This document shows, in pieces, positions 50,687 to 60,895 of a stretch of DNA of 64,000 bases. The position numbers were made by a program, and so were the translations under genes. The stretch spans positions 12,594 through 76,593 of the forward strand of contig JAJRSW010000039.1 in assembly GCA_024278595.1 (NCBI GenBank), read 5' to 3'. The notes beneath the pieces are model-generated. The model did no database searches and was not told where the DNA came from. It saw only the letters and a program-made list of their open reading frames with translations. This DNA is from Fidelibacterota bacterium. Lineage in GTDB: Bacteria > Fidelibacterota > UBA8477 > JABMPR01. Numbering within the stretch: position 1 is the stretch's first letter; every line of letters begins with the position of its first letter.

Positions 50687-51031
50687 CTATTCATTTACCG
50701 TAACTGCCTTGAGTTTCAACTCACGTCCCTGTTTGATCTTGACCTCATAGCTTTCACATTGGGGGCAGAGTGCCATAAAACTATCGATCTCGAACTCAAA
50801 ATGACACTTAAGGCATTCACCCATACCGGTGACTTCGTTGACTAAAAGTTTTGAGTTTTCGGCGGGGGTGCCTTTGCAGACAGATTCATAGCAGAACATG
50901 AGTGAATCCACCATGACACCTGCCAGCTTGCCAACATCAAGCTCGATCACAGAGATGGATTTAGCACCATCCTTCTGGGCCTCTTTACAGGCAATATCCA
51001 CAATACTCATGGCGATAGACATCTCGTGCAT
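50687..51031 (-). CDS. hypA: Ni insertion protein HypA
   Basis: MHEMSIA, two CxxC motifs, GREL. Confidence 0.98.
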   Translation of the reverse strand: MHEMSIAMSIVDIACKEAQKDGAKSISVIELDVGKLAGVMVDSLMFCYESVCKGTPAENSKLLVNEVTGMGECLKCHFEFEIDSFMALCPQCESYEVKIKQGRELKLKAVTVNE

Positions 51032-51213
51032 CAGATTTAGACTCCTTTTAGCCTAGAATTACGATGGCAATAATAATGCCTTTCACTAATAGTTCAACTC
51101 AAATCATTTAGAATTTTGGATAGCGATCGCAAAGTAATGGAGCAAGGTCAAACCAAAAGTTAGATATCTCTGAAGCGCATTGATGCTGAGAAATATTGGC
51201 TGTATTCTGCGAA

Positions 51214-51768
51214 TTAAACCCTCATCTTTGCTACATTTTGTAGTGGAGTGGAATGCTTATTTTTGTCATTGCTCTTTAACTGGACCAAAATCACTCCAAC
51301 AGTGGCAATTGATAATCCGATCCCCTCTTGGGTTGTGATCTTTTCATCAAGGAAGAACCAGGCTAGAATGGCAATTTGAATCAGCATCGTGTTATTGACA
51401 ATACTTGACTCTATCGCTGCCAGCGAACGAAGTGTGTGATTCCACAGGGTAAAGGCCACAGCGGTATTGACCACTGCCAGCCAGAGCAGAAAGAGCCAGT
51501 TTTTGGGAATAATGGAGGGTATGCCATCAGTAGAGACACCGATGATCAATAGTATGATAGCCCCTATTCCCATGCTTACAAAGGTTACAACTACGGGACT
51601 TATGTCTCTATTACGATTGATGTGTCGACCCAGAATTGATGACCCTGAATTAGCAAGAACGCCCACCGGCATCACCGCTAATCCCAGACCCTGATTGCCA
51701 GAGAAATTAACTGGGAAGAAATAGAAGATGGTGCCGATGATGAAGAGGATCGCACCTGACCATTGCAA
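51214..51768 (-). pseudogene. N-terminally truncated DMT/EamA transporter
   Basis: Only about one EamA repeat remains; an in-frame TGA lies about 11 codons upstream and no proper start is seen. Confidence 0.65.
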
Positions 51769-51886
51769 GGGGCTTGGACTTTCATTAGATGATTCGTTTC
51801 AGCGTCACTACTTAAAGTAATCTTCACTGTTGATCATAACCTTGTGAAGATTCCTCATTGAGAATCCGCGCAAGGTGGTCAGTGGA

Positions 51887-54274
51887 TCAATCCAAAATGG
51901 CAACAACCAGGGTAATTACATCCTGGATATTCACAATGCCATCCAGATTGAAGTCTGCAGCGAAAATACCATTCCCCTCCAGAGCGGAATTACCAAGTAT
52001 GTGGGCAACCAGTAAAACCACATCCTGGACACTGATCAATCCATCCAAGTTGACGTCACCAGGGAGAAAGGCTGATTCACCCGCATAAAAGATCCTGATA
52101 TCATCAACACCTGCTTCGACAAGTGATCCCTCACCTGAATCATCAGCTATGAATCTGAGCTGAATGGATGTGGGGTTTTCGATATAATTGGTGATAAGAA
52201 ATTGTTTTTCGATCCAGGAGTTATCTGATTGAGTGGTCTGTTCCAGGGTGACCCAGGCATTATCCATATTTCTAACCTGTACCTGCCAGTTATCTGTGCC
52301 GGGATTGAATCCCAGATCATTGCTGAACCAGCGCCAATAACTAAGAATAGGAGACAGTCCCGGAGCGATAGGAAAAACAGGACTTTGCAGGGTTGTATGA
52401 CCACCATCCACATCACCTGCTCCGGAGTTGTCACCCGTAAAGGCAACGTTACCTGTGACGAAACAGATGGTGCCTGCTCCTGTATGATCATCTTCAGGCT
52501 GGACTGGATCAGTCCCTTCCCAGGTCCCAATTGGGTCTTCGCGAACCCAGATACCGGCGCTGGCATTATCACTGGAAATACCTAGAGACCAACCTTGCTC
52601 AGCTTCTACATCGTAAAAGCTAACGGTGGTAAAGAAGCCCAGCGAACCCACCAGAAAGAAGTGCGGAATAGCTGGAGAACTCAATGGATGATAGGCTTCA
52701 TTCCCATCGCTATCCACAGCATGAATATAATATTCAACAACAGTACCGCCTGCTTGGGCGGGGATATCTGCAGACCAGGTACCGGGGATGTTCTCCACCA
52801 TATCTATGCCGGAGAAAATGCTGCCAGAGATCGAATAATTCAAGATCACAGTAAATGTGACCCCATCAGCGGCGAAGATCTCAGCAGTGATATTTATGGG
52901 ATTGTTTGGTTCGGAGATGTTTGTTTGAGCTGTATGGCTGATATTAAAAGCGGTCAGAGCTTTAAGAGCATTCACCCTGAAACCCATCTGTAGGTTCCCC
53001 ACATCGTCTCCATCAATCAGCCGTTCTTCAAGATCAGCAACACTCATATTAGGGAATTGAGATTTGATCAAAGCCGCGATCCCAGCTGCTAGTGGTGTGG
53101 CCATGGAAGTGCCATCCCAGGCTTGATATAGACTGTTATGGGCCGGATTATCCGGGTCGGTACAGCTCCAGATACCGGTACCTGGGGCACACATATCCAC
53201 CCAGCTCCCGTAATTTGAAAAACTGGCGCGATTATCTGAAGAATTGGTGGCTCCCACACACACAACCCCGTCACTGGCGCCTGGGTAATGAGCTGCGGAA
53301 GAACCATCGTTCCCGGCGGCGAATAACACAATGGAATTTTGAACATTTCTGGCATAGAGAATGGCACTTTGAATGGTGTTGGAAAAACCGCCTCCACCCC
53401 AGCTATTACTGATAACATCGGCACCATTATCGGCAGCATAGGTCAGGGCATTGGCTGCAGCAGCATCGGAGGTCCAGGGAAAGATCTGACAGGCCATGAT
53501 CTTGGAATTGTGAGAGGCTCCGGCAATGCCAATAAAATTATTAGTTACACCTGCTGCGATACCGGCACAATGGCTTCCATGATCCTCTGCATTCCAGGGG
53601 TGCCAGCCCCAATCATGGTTGACATCATTGTTGTTTGAACTGAAATCCCAGCCATAGATATCATCTACTTTTCCGTTAAGATCATCATCAATCCCATTGT
53701 CAGGAATTTCATCAGGGTTGATCCACAGATTATCAACCAGATCCGGGTGGTCTGTGTCTACACCTGTGTCAATGATGGCGATAACAACAGTGTCACTGCC
53801 GGTCTGAATATCCCAGGCTTCTGGAGTGTTTACCACCGGATGATGCCAGGATTGCCCGAAGTAAGGATCATTGGGAGTGAATTGGGTCTCGTAAAGTTCT
53901 CTTACATACATGGCTTCTGCGTATTCTACTTCAGGTAGAGCAGTCAATTCCACTGTAAGCGCAATGATGTCAGCCTGGGGCACAATATCGATGACAAATA
54001 TCCGTTCCAATCCATAAGGGTCTATGTCCTTACGCTGGATTTGAGGAAATGCGACGGAGATATTTGTAAAATTATTGACCGAAAGCACCTGTTCGATGGA
54101 AACAATATCCAGGACTTGCATCGCATCGCCCCGCGTTCCTGAAGAAAAGGATTCAGTATTCAGCTTGAGGAAGAATTTATCTGTGATCAGGGGCGCACTA
54201 TCCTGACTAAAAGCAACTGTGCCAAGGGTGATCAATAAACAGAGTAGAATTATACGACGAGTTATTAAAAGCAT
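51887..54274 (-). CDS. Secreted S8 subtilisin-like protease with C-terminal dockerin
   Basis: AIIDTG (Asp), HGSHCAG (His), GTSMATP (Ser); GDVNLDG...ADFNLDG dockerin. Confidence 0.93.
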   Translation of the reverse strand: MLLITRRIILLCLLITLGTVAFSQDSAPLITDKFFLKLNTESFSSGTRGDAMQVLDIVSIEQVLSVNNFTNISVAFPQIQRKDIDPYGLERIFVIDIVPQADIIALTVELTALPEVEYAEAMYVRELYETQFTPNDPYFGQSWHHPVVNTPEAWDIQTGSDTVVIAIIDTGVDTDHPDLVDNLWINPDEIPDNGIDDDLNGKVDDIYGWDFSSNNNDVNHDWGWHPWNAEDHGSHCAGIAAGVTNNFIGIAGASHNSKIMACQIFPWTSDAAAANALTYAADNGADVISNSWGGGGFSNTIQSAILYARNVQNSIVLFAAGNDGSSAAHYPGASDGVVCVGATNSSDNRASFSNYGSWVDMCAPGTGIWSCTDPDNPAHNSLYQAWDGTSMATPLAAGIAALIKSQFPNMSVADLEERLIDGDDVGNLQMGFRVNALKALTAFNISHTAQTNISEPNNPINITAEIFAADGVTFTVILNYSISGSIFSGIDMVENIPGTWSADIPAQAGGTVVEYYIHAVDSDGNEAYHPLSSPAIPHFFLVGSLGFFTTVSFYDVEAEQGWSLGISSDNASAGIWVREDPIGTWEGTDPVQPEDDHTGAGTICFVTGNVAFTGDNSGAGDVDGGHTTLQSPVFPIAPGLSPILSYWRWFSNDLGFNPGTDNWQVQVRNMDNAWVTLEQTTQSDNSWIEKQFLITNYIENPTSIQLRFIADDSGEGSLVEAGVDDIRIFYAGESAFLPGDVNLDGLISVQDVVLLVAHILGNSALEGNGIFAADFNLDGIVNIQDVITLVVAILD

Positions 54275-54461
54275 ATTTTGTGAATCCTTTTAACGTGAGT
54301 GTCATTGAAGCTTTGCATGTCAGGTGAGTTACACTTTATCGGATAAAAGCGCAATATGAAGTTGGGGAGTTATGGTATTGTGATTGATCGGTGGAAAAAT
54401 TGCAAGGTTTTATTGAGTTATTGAGTGGCGGGTTTACCACCCCGTTCGTACTTCGCTAAAC

Positions 54462-55085
54462 TCAGCAACCTCCCGCTGGTGCTTTTTTCTTCTTCTTGCG
54501 GATAATCTTGGGTTTATCGGCTTTGGTTTTGGCTGGTGCTGACAGAGCGACTGCTCCACCGCCTCCCAGTGCGCTACTGGCCGCTTTTCTGAAATCATAT
54601 TTAGCAAATTCCTCATCTGCAGAATACACAGAGGGTTCCTGAGGATTCATGATAGTATCAAACCAGTAATTCAGTCCACCCTGCATCACATAATTATTCT
54701 CAAAACCCAATTGGCGCAGGATCATCCAGGCTTGATGCGAATTAATAGTTCCATTGGAATAGAGGACATTCATTTTGATACCCTGATCCAGCATATCCTG
54801 GTACTCATCCTTTAGAATAACGGAGAGGGGGATATTTATAGCACCCTCCAGATGGTAAGTCTGGAATTCATCTGGAGAACGGACATCAATGAGCTGTAGA
54901 CTGGGGTCTTTGGATATGACCCAATGAGCTACATCGTCAGCGCTGACCATTTCGGCTGCCCCCTGGACTTCAACCAGCATTTCTTCAGCCGTTAATTTGT
55001 AAGGTTTGGTCGTGTTCTCAGGAACCATGGCGATGACGATCCCCAGTAAGATCAACCCTAAAAAAATTATATTCCGTATCGTCAT
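54462..55085 (-). CDS. Membrane-anchored rhodanese-like protein with a basic tail ending in GGC
   Basis: LIDVRS...HLEGAINIP, GGLNYW; C-terminus RKKKKKAPAGGC. Confidence 0.85.
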   Translation of the reverse strand: MTIRNIIFLGLILLGIVIAMVPENTTKPYKLTAEEMLVEVQGAAEMVSADDVAHWVISKDPSLQLIDVRSPDEFQTYHLEGAINIPLSVILKDEYQDMLDQGIKMNVLYSNGTINSHQAWMILRQLGFENNYVMQGGLNYWFDTIMNPQEPSVYSADEEFAKYDFRKAASSALGGGGAVALSAPAKTKADKPKIIRKKKKKAPAGGC

Positions 55086-55087
55086 GA

Positions 55088-55678
55088 TCAATACTCCTCT
55101 CGGGGCCATTTTTTTTCAGCCAGCTCGCCCAGCTTGAACATGACCAGGGCGGCTATGATAACCAGGAGAGCCATGACGCCACCGGATATTCCGAAAAAAT
55201 CTGATACTTTTAAGGGACCATAAGCGCCTGCCATATAGAAATCCTTCATGAAGGAGAAACCCTCGGCGAAGAAGAAAATCCCCAGCAAGATCCCACCGAT
55301 AAAGACCATGGCATCGATCTTACCAATTGCGGCAGCACAGACACTGGTACCCGGACAAAACCCGCCAATGATAAACCCGGCTCCCATGATGACACCGCCA
55401 GTAATGGCACTCCAAATAAAAGTGGGATTTACATAGATCAGGCTCAGGTCGATCCAGCCAAAAAGGCTGAAAAACAACAGTCCCAGCATGGCCGTGATGG
55501 CGCCGGTAAAGAATACTTTTAAGACGACGGTATCATAGCCATAGAACAAACCGGCTAATTTCCGACTTGATGAGAATCCAGCCTGCTCAAGCACAAAGCC
55601 AAATCCGATCCCGATTACAAAAGCGATGAATAAATTCCAATCCGCTCCAATGATTTCCTGAGGTACAAGAGGTCCCAT
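55088..55678 (-). CDS. YeeE/YedE sulfur-compound transporter family protein
   Basis: GFGFVLEQAGF, GFCPGT. Confidence 0.88.
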   Translation of the reverse strand: MGPLVPQEIIGADWNLFIAFVIGIGFGFVLEQAGFSSSRKLAGLFYGYDTVVLKVFFTGAITAMLGLLFFSLFGWIDLSLIYVNPTFIWSAITGGVIMGAGFIIGGFCPGTSVCAAAIGKIDAMVFIGGILLGIFFFAEGFSFMKDFYMAGAYGPLKVSDFFGISGGVMALLVIIAALVMFKLGELAEKKWPREEY

Positions 55679-55687
55679 TATCGACTC

Positions 55688-56197
55688 CTAGATCCAATTT
55701 TTTCTTAATAAATATGCCAAGGCAAAGGCAGTTCCAAAGATGGCCATCATTGACACAAATCCTGCCACAGACAGGCTTGCCATGCCAGTAAGTGCTGAGC
55801 CACTGGTGCAGCCACGTCCCAACTGAGACCCAAATCCGAACAAGATGCCACCTGCAGCAGCAAAGACCAGTCTGCGATTCGCGGTGATCCCTGGAAAATG
55901 CTCTACCCTCCATTTAAGTCGGCCGGATAGGGCACCAGATAAGAAGCCACCCACCATGACACCGATCATTTCAAACACCAGCCAGGACTTCATGGGTGAT
56001 TTTCCCTCACCAACATACTTACCATAATAATCTGAATTAGCAGTATGTCCAGGTGCCACAATATCGACAGCTGTTACCACCACACTCTTCACAGCACCAC
56101 TTGCCCCCAATCCACGACCAGAGAAAAAGAAGGCCATGAGTAGAACCAATCCCAACAGCACACCTGCCAGATATGGATTCATGTACTTTGTTTTCAT
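55688..56197 (-). CDS. YeeE/YedE sulfur-compound transporter family protein
   Basis: PYLAGVLLG, GLGASG, GRGCTSG. Confidence 0.88.
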   Translation of the reverse strand: MKTKYMNPYLAGVLLGLVLLMAFFFSGRGLGASGAVKSVVVTAVDIVAPGHTANSDYYGKYVGEGKSPMKSWLVFEMIGVMVGGFLSGALSGRLKWRVEHFPGITANRRLVFAAAGGILFGFGSQLGRGCTSGSALTGMASLSVAGFVSMMAIFGTAFALAYLLRKNWI

Positions 56198-56234
56198 TTC
56201 AATTACCCCTATTCAATTTCAGTATTTTGGATGT

Positions 56235-56320
56235 GTCTTTCTGAGTGTAACGAAGAATCTTGATCCTTATCCGAAATCCAGGATTTTCAATGGAGATCTT
56301 TCGCTCCGCTCTAGGATGAC
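56235..56320. repeat. MITE/REP-like inverted-repeat element (same family as 4997-5172)
   Basis: gtctttctgagtgtaacgaagaatct ... agatctttcgctccgctctaggatgac. Confidence 0.7.
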
Positions 56321-56327
56321 TATACAT

Positions 56328-57269
56328 TTAATACAACCAACGACTGGCTTGACCGGCACTCACGACGATAAACCGCAAGGCCAGATTCCCGGCTATGATT
56401 AGCACAACAGGCACAATTGCCGGGATGAATTTGTGTTTCAGTTCCAGGAGTTCCAGACTAACTGGGAGCAGCAAACCCAAGCCAACTACAAAGGTCCAAA
56501 AGGGTACGGTATACGCTCCCCCCAGAAACATTTGAGCCGCCTGAATATGGACCTGGGTACCAGCCAGATGACCCATAAAGAGATGGACGATCATGAATAG
56601 CTCAATACCGATAAGGATGATATCGATCCGGGTAAATAAGCGTTTCTCGAGTTCAGTTTTGGAAAAGTAGGCGATCAGGGCTGCACTTGCAGATAGGCCG
56701 GATGTCAAGAACAAGGGGCCTAGAATACTGGTGTTCCAAAAGGGTCTGGCATTGAACGCAGATAGGAGAATCCCCGTATACATCCCGAGGATTATTGAGA
56801 GCAATATCAGGATCTGGGCCAAAATGCGTCGCTGTTCCTTCAGCCACTTGACAACAGTCTTCACCTCATCAAATTTCCAGTCCCATTTGGGAAAAATATC
56901 TTCCATCCAGATGGCGATCCAGGCAATTGATAGAGGGGTAATGATCAGGAGCGTCCAGGCTCCCCACGACATGGGTGACTCCCAGCGGATATTGGTGAAT
57001 AGCTGCCAGGCGTACAGGATGTGGGACAGGTCAAGTAGCAGGGAGATCAACCCGATACCAATCAGGAAAGGCACAGACAGGGGCATCCATTTCACCGCGA
57101 TGGGTAATTCATCCTGCCGACCTCTTAAGGTGAAATACGCTGAAAAGATCAGAATCCCCGCTGCCAGTCCTCCCAGGAACAGATAAAACGGGATTTCCCA
57201 ACCCCAGACATGGAGCACCGGATCGATCTCCGGATTCATACGGCCACTGGTGATAATTTCTTCAATCAT
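56328..57269 (-). CDS. psrC: Polysulfide reductase membrane subunit (NrfD/PsrC)
   Basis: WGWEIPFYLFLGGLAAG, DL.H, SPMSWGAW, YTGILL, RPFWN. Confidence 0.9.
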   Translation of the reverse strand: MIEEIITSGRMNPEIDPVLHVWGWEIPFYLFLGGLAAGILIFSAYFTLRGRQDELPIAVKWMPLSVPFLIGIGLISLLLDLSHILYAWQLFTNIRWESPMSWGAWTLLIITPLSIAWIAIWMEDIFPKWDWKFDEVKTVVKWLKEQRRILAQILILLSIILGMYTGILLSAFNARPFWNTSILGPLFLTSGLSASAALIAYFSKTELEKRLFTRIDIILIGIELFMIVHLFMGHLAGTQVHIQAAQMFLGGAYTVPFWTFVVGLGLLLPVSLELLELKHKFIPAIVPVVLIIAGNLALRFIVVSAGQASRWLY

Positions 57270-57418
57270 AACTAAATCAATTCCTTAATAATCATTTGCC
57301 ACGGATAAATGTTATTTATGGCTTTAATGTTCATTTGGCTAGAGTATGAACAGAGTCTGACTTTTAGAAGACATCTCTGCCAGCTCTACGGTAAAATTTC
57401 TTTTTGAAGTTGACAATA

Positions 57419-57952
57419 TCATAACAAGTAGAATACTTTGGGTTCAGTACCAGCTTCGGGGATCAGTGATTTCCACTTCCTGGTGGCCATAGCTTTCGAG
57501 ATGTCACTGTTGGGGTCATCCAGGTTGCCAAATATCATGGCATGGGTAGGACACACCGAGACGCAGGCGGGGTTCTGTCCTTTTTCAACCCGATGAATAC
57601 AAAAAGTACATTTGTCCACATAACCTTCAGGGTGAATGAAGCGCGCATCATAGGGACAGGAAGTGATACAGGCTTTACAGCCGATACACTCATCTTCTTC
57701 GACCAGCACGATCCCACCCGCTGCGTAATGACTGGCCTCGGTGGGACAGGTCCGCACACAAGGTGCATTCGCACAATGGTTACACCGTTCAGAGCGGATC
57801 TCAAGTCCCAGGTCCGGGTAGGTACCGGTCGTTACTTCTACGATCCAATCCCGACAATGCCCGATGGGCACATCGTTTTCGGTTTGGCAGGCCACAACAC
57901 AATCGTTACAGCCAACACATTTCTGGGTGTCTACAGCCATTGCATATCTCAT
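57419..57952 (-). CDS. psrB: 4x[4Fe-4S] electron-transfer subunit (PsrB/NrfC)
   Basis: CVGCNDCVVAC, CNHC..APCVRTCP, CIGCKACITSCP, KCTFC. Confidence 0.92.
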   Translation of the reverse strand: MRYAMAVDTQKCVGCNDCVVACQTENDVPIGHCRDWIVEVTTGTYPDLGLEIRSERCNHCANAPCVRTCPTEASHYAAGGIVLVEEDECIGCKACITSCPYDARFIHPEGYVDKCTFCIHRVEKGQNPACVSVCPTHAMIFGNLDDPNSDISKAMATRKWKSLIPEAGTEPKVFYLL

Positions 57953-60195
57953 GATGACAGCTCCTTGCCAGCTTCAAAGCGGAAAGTGACAAAATTTCCC
58001 CGCATACCTGTACCGCCCATCACTGGATCAATATGTACTTTTGTGATCAGATCAGCATCGCTGGCACCGCGCCCGTAAGCCCGGGTCAGCTTATTGTTTG
58101 TATGACCAAATCCATGGACCATGTAGACGCTGTCAAAGCGGATCCGTTCGGTTATCCGGACTTTAATAGGGGTTTTGCTCACGACACCGTCCTGGTTTTC
58201 CAACCAAAGATACTGACCATTTTTCAGATCCCATTCCTGGGCTACTTTCGGATTGACCCAGACACTGTTCTCATCCATTAGATCGGTCAGATTGGGGTTA
58301 TTGGCTGTCCGACTGAATGTGTGCATGGGGGCCCGGCCATAGATCAGGCGATAGTAGCCATATGGTGGTTCTTCGTGAGCGGTATATTTTGGCAGGGGAT
58401 CGTAACCTTCATCTTCCATGGCAGTGGAATAAAGCTCGATCTTTCCCGTGTTGGTATAGAATTCAAAATCGTCCAGATCTTCCATCGGGTATAAGGGATC
58501 ATCATCGTCGCGTTGGAATTTTTTGACACCCAGGCGTTTCATCTCTTCCAGAGAACTGCCGACCTGTTTTAATTCCCATTCCAGTTTTTCTTCGATGTCT
58601 TTCCACGCGAAATAGTGACCCAGGCCCATTTTCTCAGCGATGCCTTTGGCCATCCACCAGGCTGGTTTAGTATTGTATTTTGGCTTAGCTGCCGGCATCC
58701 GCAATGCAATGGTCGGTTCACGATGGGGACCTACCCTGATATTATCATAGCGTTCCAAATAGGTACACTCAGGCAGGATCACATCAGCATAACCAGTGAT
58801 CTCCATGGGCATGGTATCAATAACGACCATAAGATCCAGGGCATCAATGGCTTTCAGCGTGTTTTCCTGATTCGGCAAGGTGTGAATGAGATTGGTGCCA
58901 TTGACGATCCAGCCTTTGAAGGAGCAATCCCTTTCTGAGCTTGGAACGGTGGCGTCGCAGATTCCGGAGGCCAGGGCCAGGCCTGCCAATTTGTATTTAC
59001 CAGGGAAGGCATCTTTCCAACTCCGGGCCGGTTTTGGAAAGGCCGGGTGAGGGAAAGATTTGAATGAAACTTTAGCAGGATAATAATATCCACCGCGTCG
59101 TCCCCAAGAGCCAAGTAAGGCGTTCAGCATGGCAACGGCTCGGAGACGTTGGGTGTCATCTCCATACCAGGTAACGTGACGACCAGGATGGACGATCACG
59201 CGGGGGCTGGCGTTGGCCATCTCCCGGGCAGTCTCCCGGATCACTTCTGGTTTGATCGTGGTGATCCCATAGGCCCATTCGGGAGTCATCTGGGCTACGT
59301 GGGCTTTCAGATCCTCAAATCCATAGGCATATTTTTCAATGTATTCTTTATCATATAAATCTTCATTGATGATCACATGCATCCAGGCTAGTAGCAGAGC
59401 CATATCGGTAGCTGGTTTGATGGGCAACCAGAACTTTGATTTGCTGGCCACCGTTGAGAATCGAGGATCCACGGTGATGATGGTAGCACCTTTTCCAGTG
59501 GCCTGGGCAATCTCCTGAACAGGTCCATTATGCATATTTTCTCCAAAATGAGAACCGATGAGGACCAGACAGCGGGTATCTCGAATATCAACTCGTTCCG
59601 GAGATTGGACACCTTCGCCATAGGTGGCGATAAACCCAACTTCGCGGGGGCCACGGCATTGGGCATATGAAGGAGCGGCAATATTTTTTGAGCCATAGGC
59701 TTTGATTAGATCACCAAAATACTTGCCTCCCGAACCGTGGGTAAACAGAGCCACACACTCTGGACCGTGTTCTTCGGCGATCTTCTTCAGACCATCTGCG
59801 ATATAAGTGAAAGCTTCATCCCAGGTGGCTTCACGGAAAACCTGTTTACCGCGTTCCCCTGTACGGATCAGGGGTGTCTTAAGTCGATCTTCATCAGTGT
59901 ACATCCCCACACCGCCGGTTCCACGGGGACACAGTCGACCGTTTGAATGGGGATCATCATTGTTGCCGGTGATCTTCCATATCTGGCCTTTATCATTCGT
60001 ATGAACCCAGCCGGCACACTTCCAGAAACAAATCTCACAGTAGGTGGGTGTGCGTTTGGAATACATCCCCGGATGGGCATCAGGAGCCAGGATCTCTTCC
60101 TTTGAGAAATCAAATAGTGGCGTAGCAAACGCCAGGCTTCCAGCACCCACCCCAGCGATCTTAATAAATTCGCGGCGATTCATTGTTGGTCTCAT
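57949..60195 (-). CDS. psrA: Tat-exported molybdopterin oxidoreductase, polysulfide/thiosulfate reductase catalytic subunit (PsrA/PhsA)
   Basis: NRREFIK Tat motif, CEICFWKC...LCPRG, Cys ligand SYAQC, D.ILPECTYLER; ATG 60195 overlaps the MerR stop. Confidence 0.85.
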   Translation of the reverse strand: MRPTMNRREFIKIAGVGAGSLAFATPLFDFSKEEILAPDAHPGMYSKRTPTYCEICFWKCAGWVHTNDKGQIWKITGNNDDPHSNGRLCPRGTGGVGMYTDEDRLKTPLIRTGERGKQVFREATWDEAFTYIADGLKKIAEEHGPECVALFTHGSGGKYFGDLIKAYGSKNIAAPSYAQCRGPREVGFIATYGEGVQSPERVDIRDTRCLVLIGSHFGENMHNGPVQEIAQATGKGATIITVDPRFSTVASKSKFWLPIKPATDMALLLAWMHVIINEDLYDKEYIEKYAYGFEDLKAHVAQMTPEWAYGITTIKPEVIRETAREMANASPRVIVHPGRHVTWYGDDTQRLRAVAMLNALLGSWGRRGGYYYPAKVSFKSFPHPAFPKPARSWKDAFPGKYKLAGLALASGICDATVPSSERDCSFKGWIVNGTNLIHTLPNQENTLKAIDALDLMVVIDTMPMEITGYADVILPECTYLERYDNIRVGPHREPTIALRMPAAKPKYNTKPAWWMAKGIAEKMGLGHYFAWKDIEEKLEWELKQVGSSLEEMKRLGVKKFQRDDDDPLYPMEDLDDFEFYTNTGKIELYSTAMEDEGYDPLPKYTAHEEPPYGYYRLIYGRAPMHTFSRTANNPNLTDLMDENSVWVNPKVAQEWDLKNGQYLWLENQDGVVSKTPIKVRITERIRFDSVYMVHGFGHTNNKLTRAYGRGASDADLITKVHIDPVMGGTGMRGNFVTFRFEAGKELSS

Positions 60196-60656
60196 ACGGT
60201 TTTCCAATGTTCTTTTAAATAGGATTTCATATTGTGACAGGTCGTGACTTCACGGTAGACCGGGCATTCAGCACATTCTTCTTCTTCACAGATCTTGGCC
60301 TTGGTCTTGACCACCCAGCAGGGTTCTACGGCATGTTTGTAAGCATCGCACCCGGCTCGATCAGATTCACTGCAACCTTTTATATCCCAACAGGGGGCCA
60401 TGGACATCATGGCTTTAATACCAGCCAGGTTAAAACCGCGTTCCTCGATCATGGTCCGGATACACTGGAGGCGTTCGATATCAATTTGAGAGTAGAGGCG
60501 GCGTTGGGTCGCGGTTCTTCGGGGCAGGATTAAACCTTCTGTCTCATACATACGTAAAGTATGGACGGAGACCCCGATGAGATCGGAGGCAACTCCAATA
60601 GTAAATACCGGGCGGGTCTTGTCGGAGAGGCGGTCTTGTATTTTTGATACGTTCAT
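60192..60656 (-). CDS. MerR-family regulator with Cys-rich (two-CW-like) C-terminal domain
   Basis: FTIG..S.LIGVSVHTLRMYE..GL..P.R...RRLYS; CWDIKGC...PCW...C..CPVY. Confidence 0.88.
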   Translation of the reverse strand: MNVSKIQDRLSDKTRPVFTIGVASDLIGVSVHTLRMYETEGLILPRRTATQRRLYSQIDIERLQCIRTMIEERGFNLAGIKAMMSMAPCWDIKGCSESDRAGCDAYKHAVEPCWVVKTKAKICEEEECAECPVYREVTTCHNMKSYLKEHWKTV

Positions 60657-60895
60657 AGCTAATCTATATCCGGAAATATAGGTTTGCTAGATTTGTGCCA
60701 CTTTAAATGATAAATATAAACAGTAAATACTATGTGATATAATTATCAATAGCTGATAAATGGCATGTATAATGTATGGATGAATCACTTAATTCCAGGA
60801 ATTATCTCTTTGTGAATACGACCCTTAGTCCGTGAACGAAACGATTCGGACGGGGCCTTGAAAAAGCCTGGTCAGCAAAACAATTAAATAGCCTC

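Noticed and set aside
54450-54475. Possible selenocysteine read-through: GGA GGT TGC TGA GTT TAG would give GGCUV, like TrxR GCUG
   Set aside because: No convincing SECIS hairpin follows. The downstream sequence resembles the local ctgag..cgaag repeat family, and a terminal GGC is a simpler reading.
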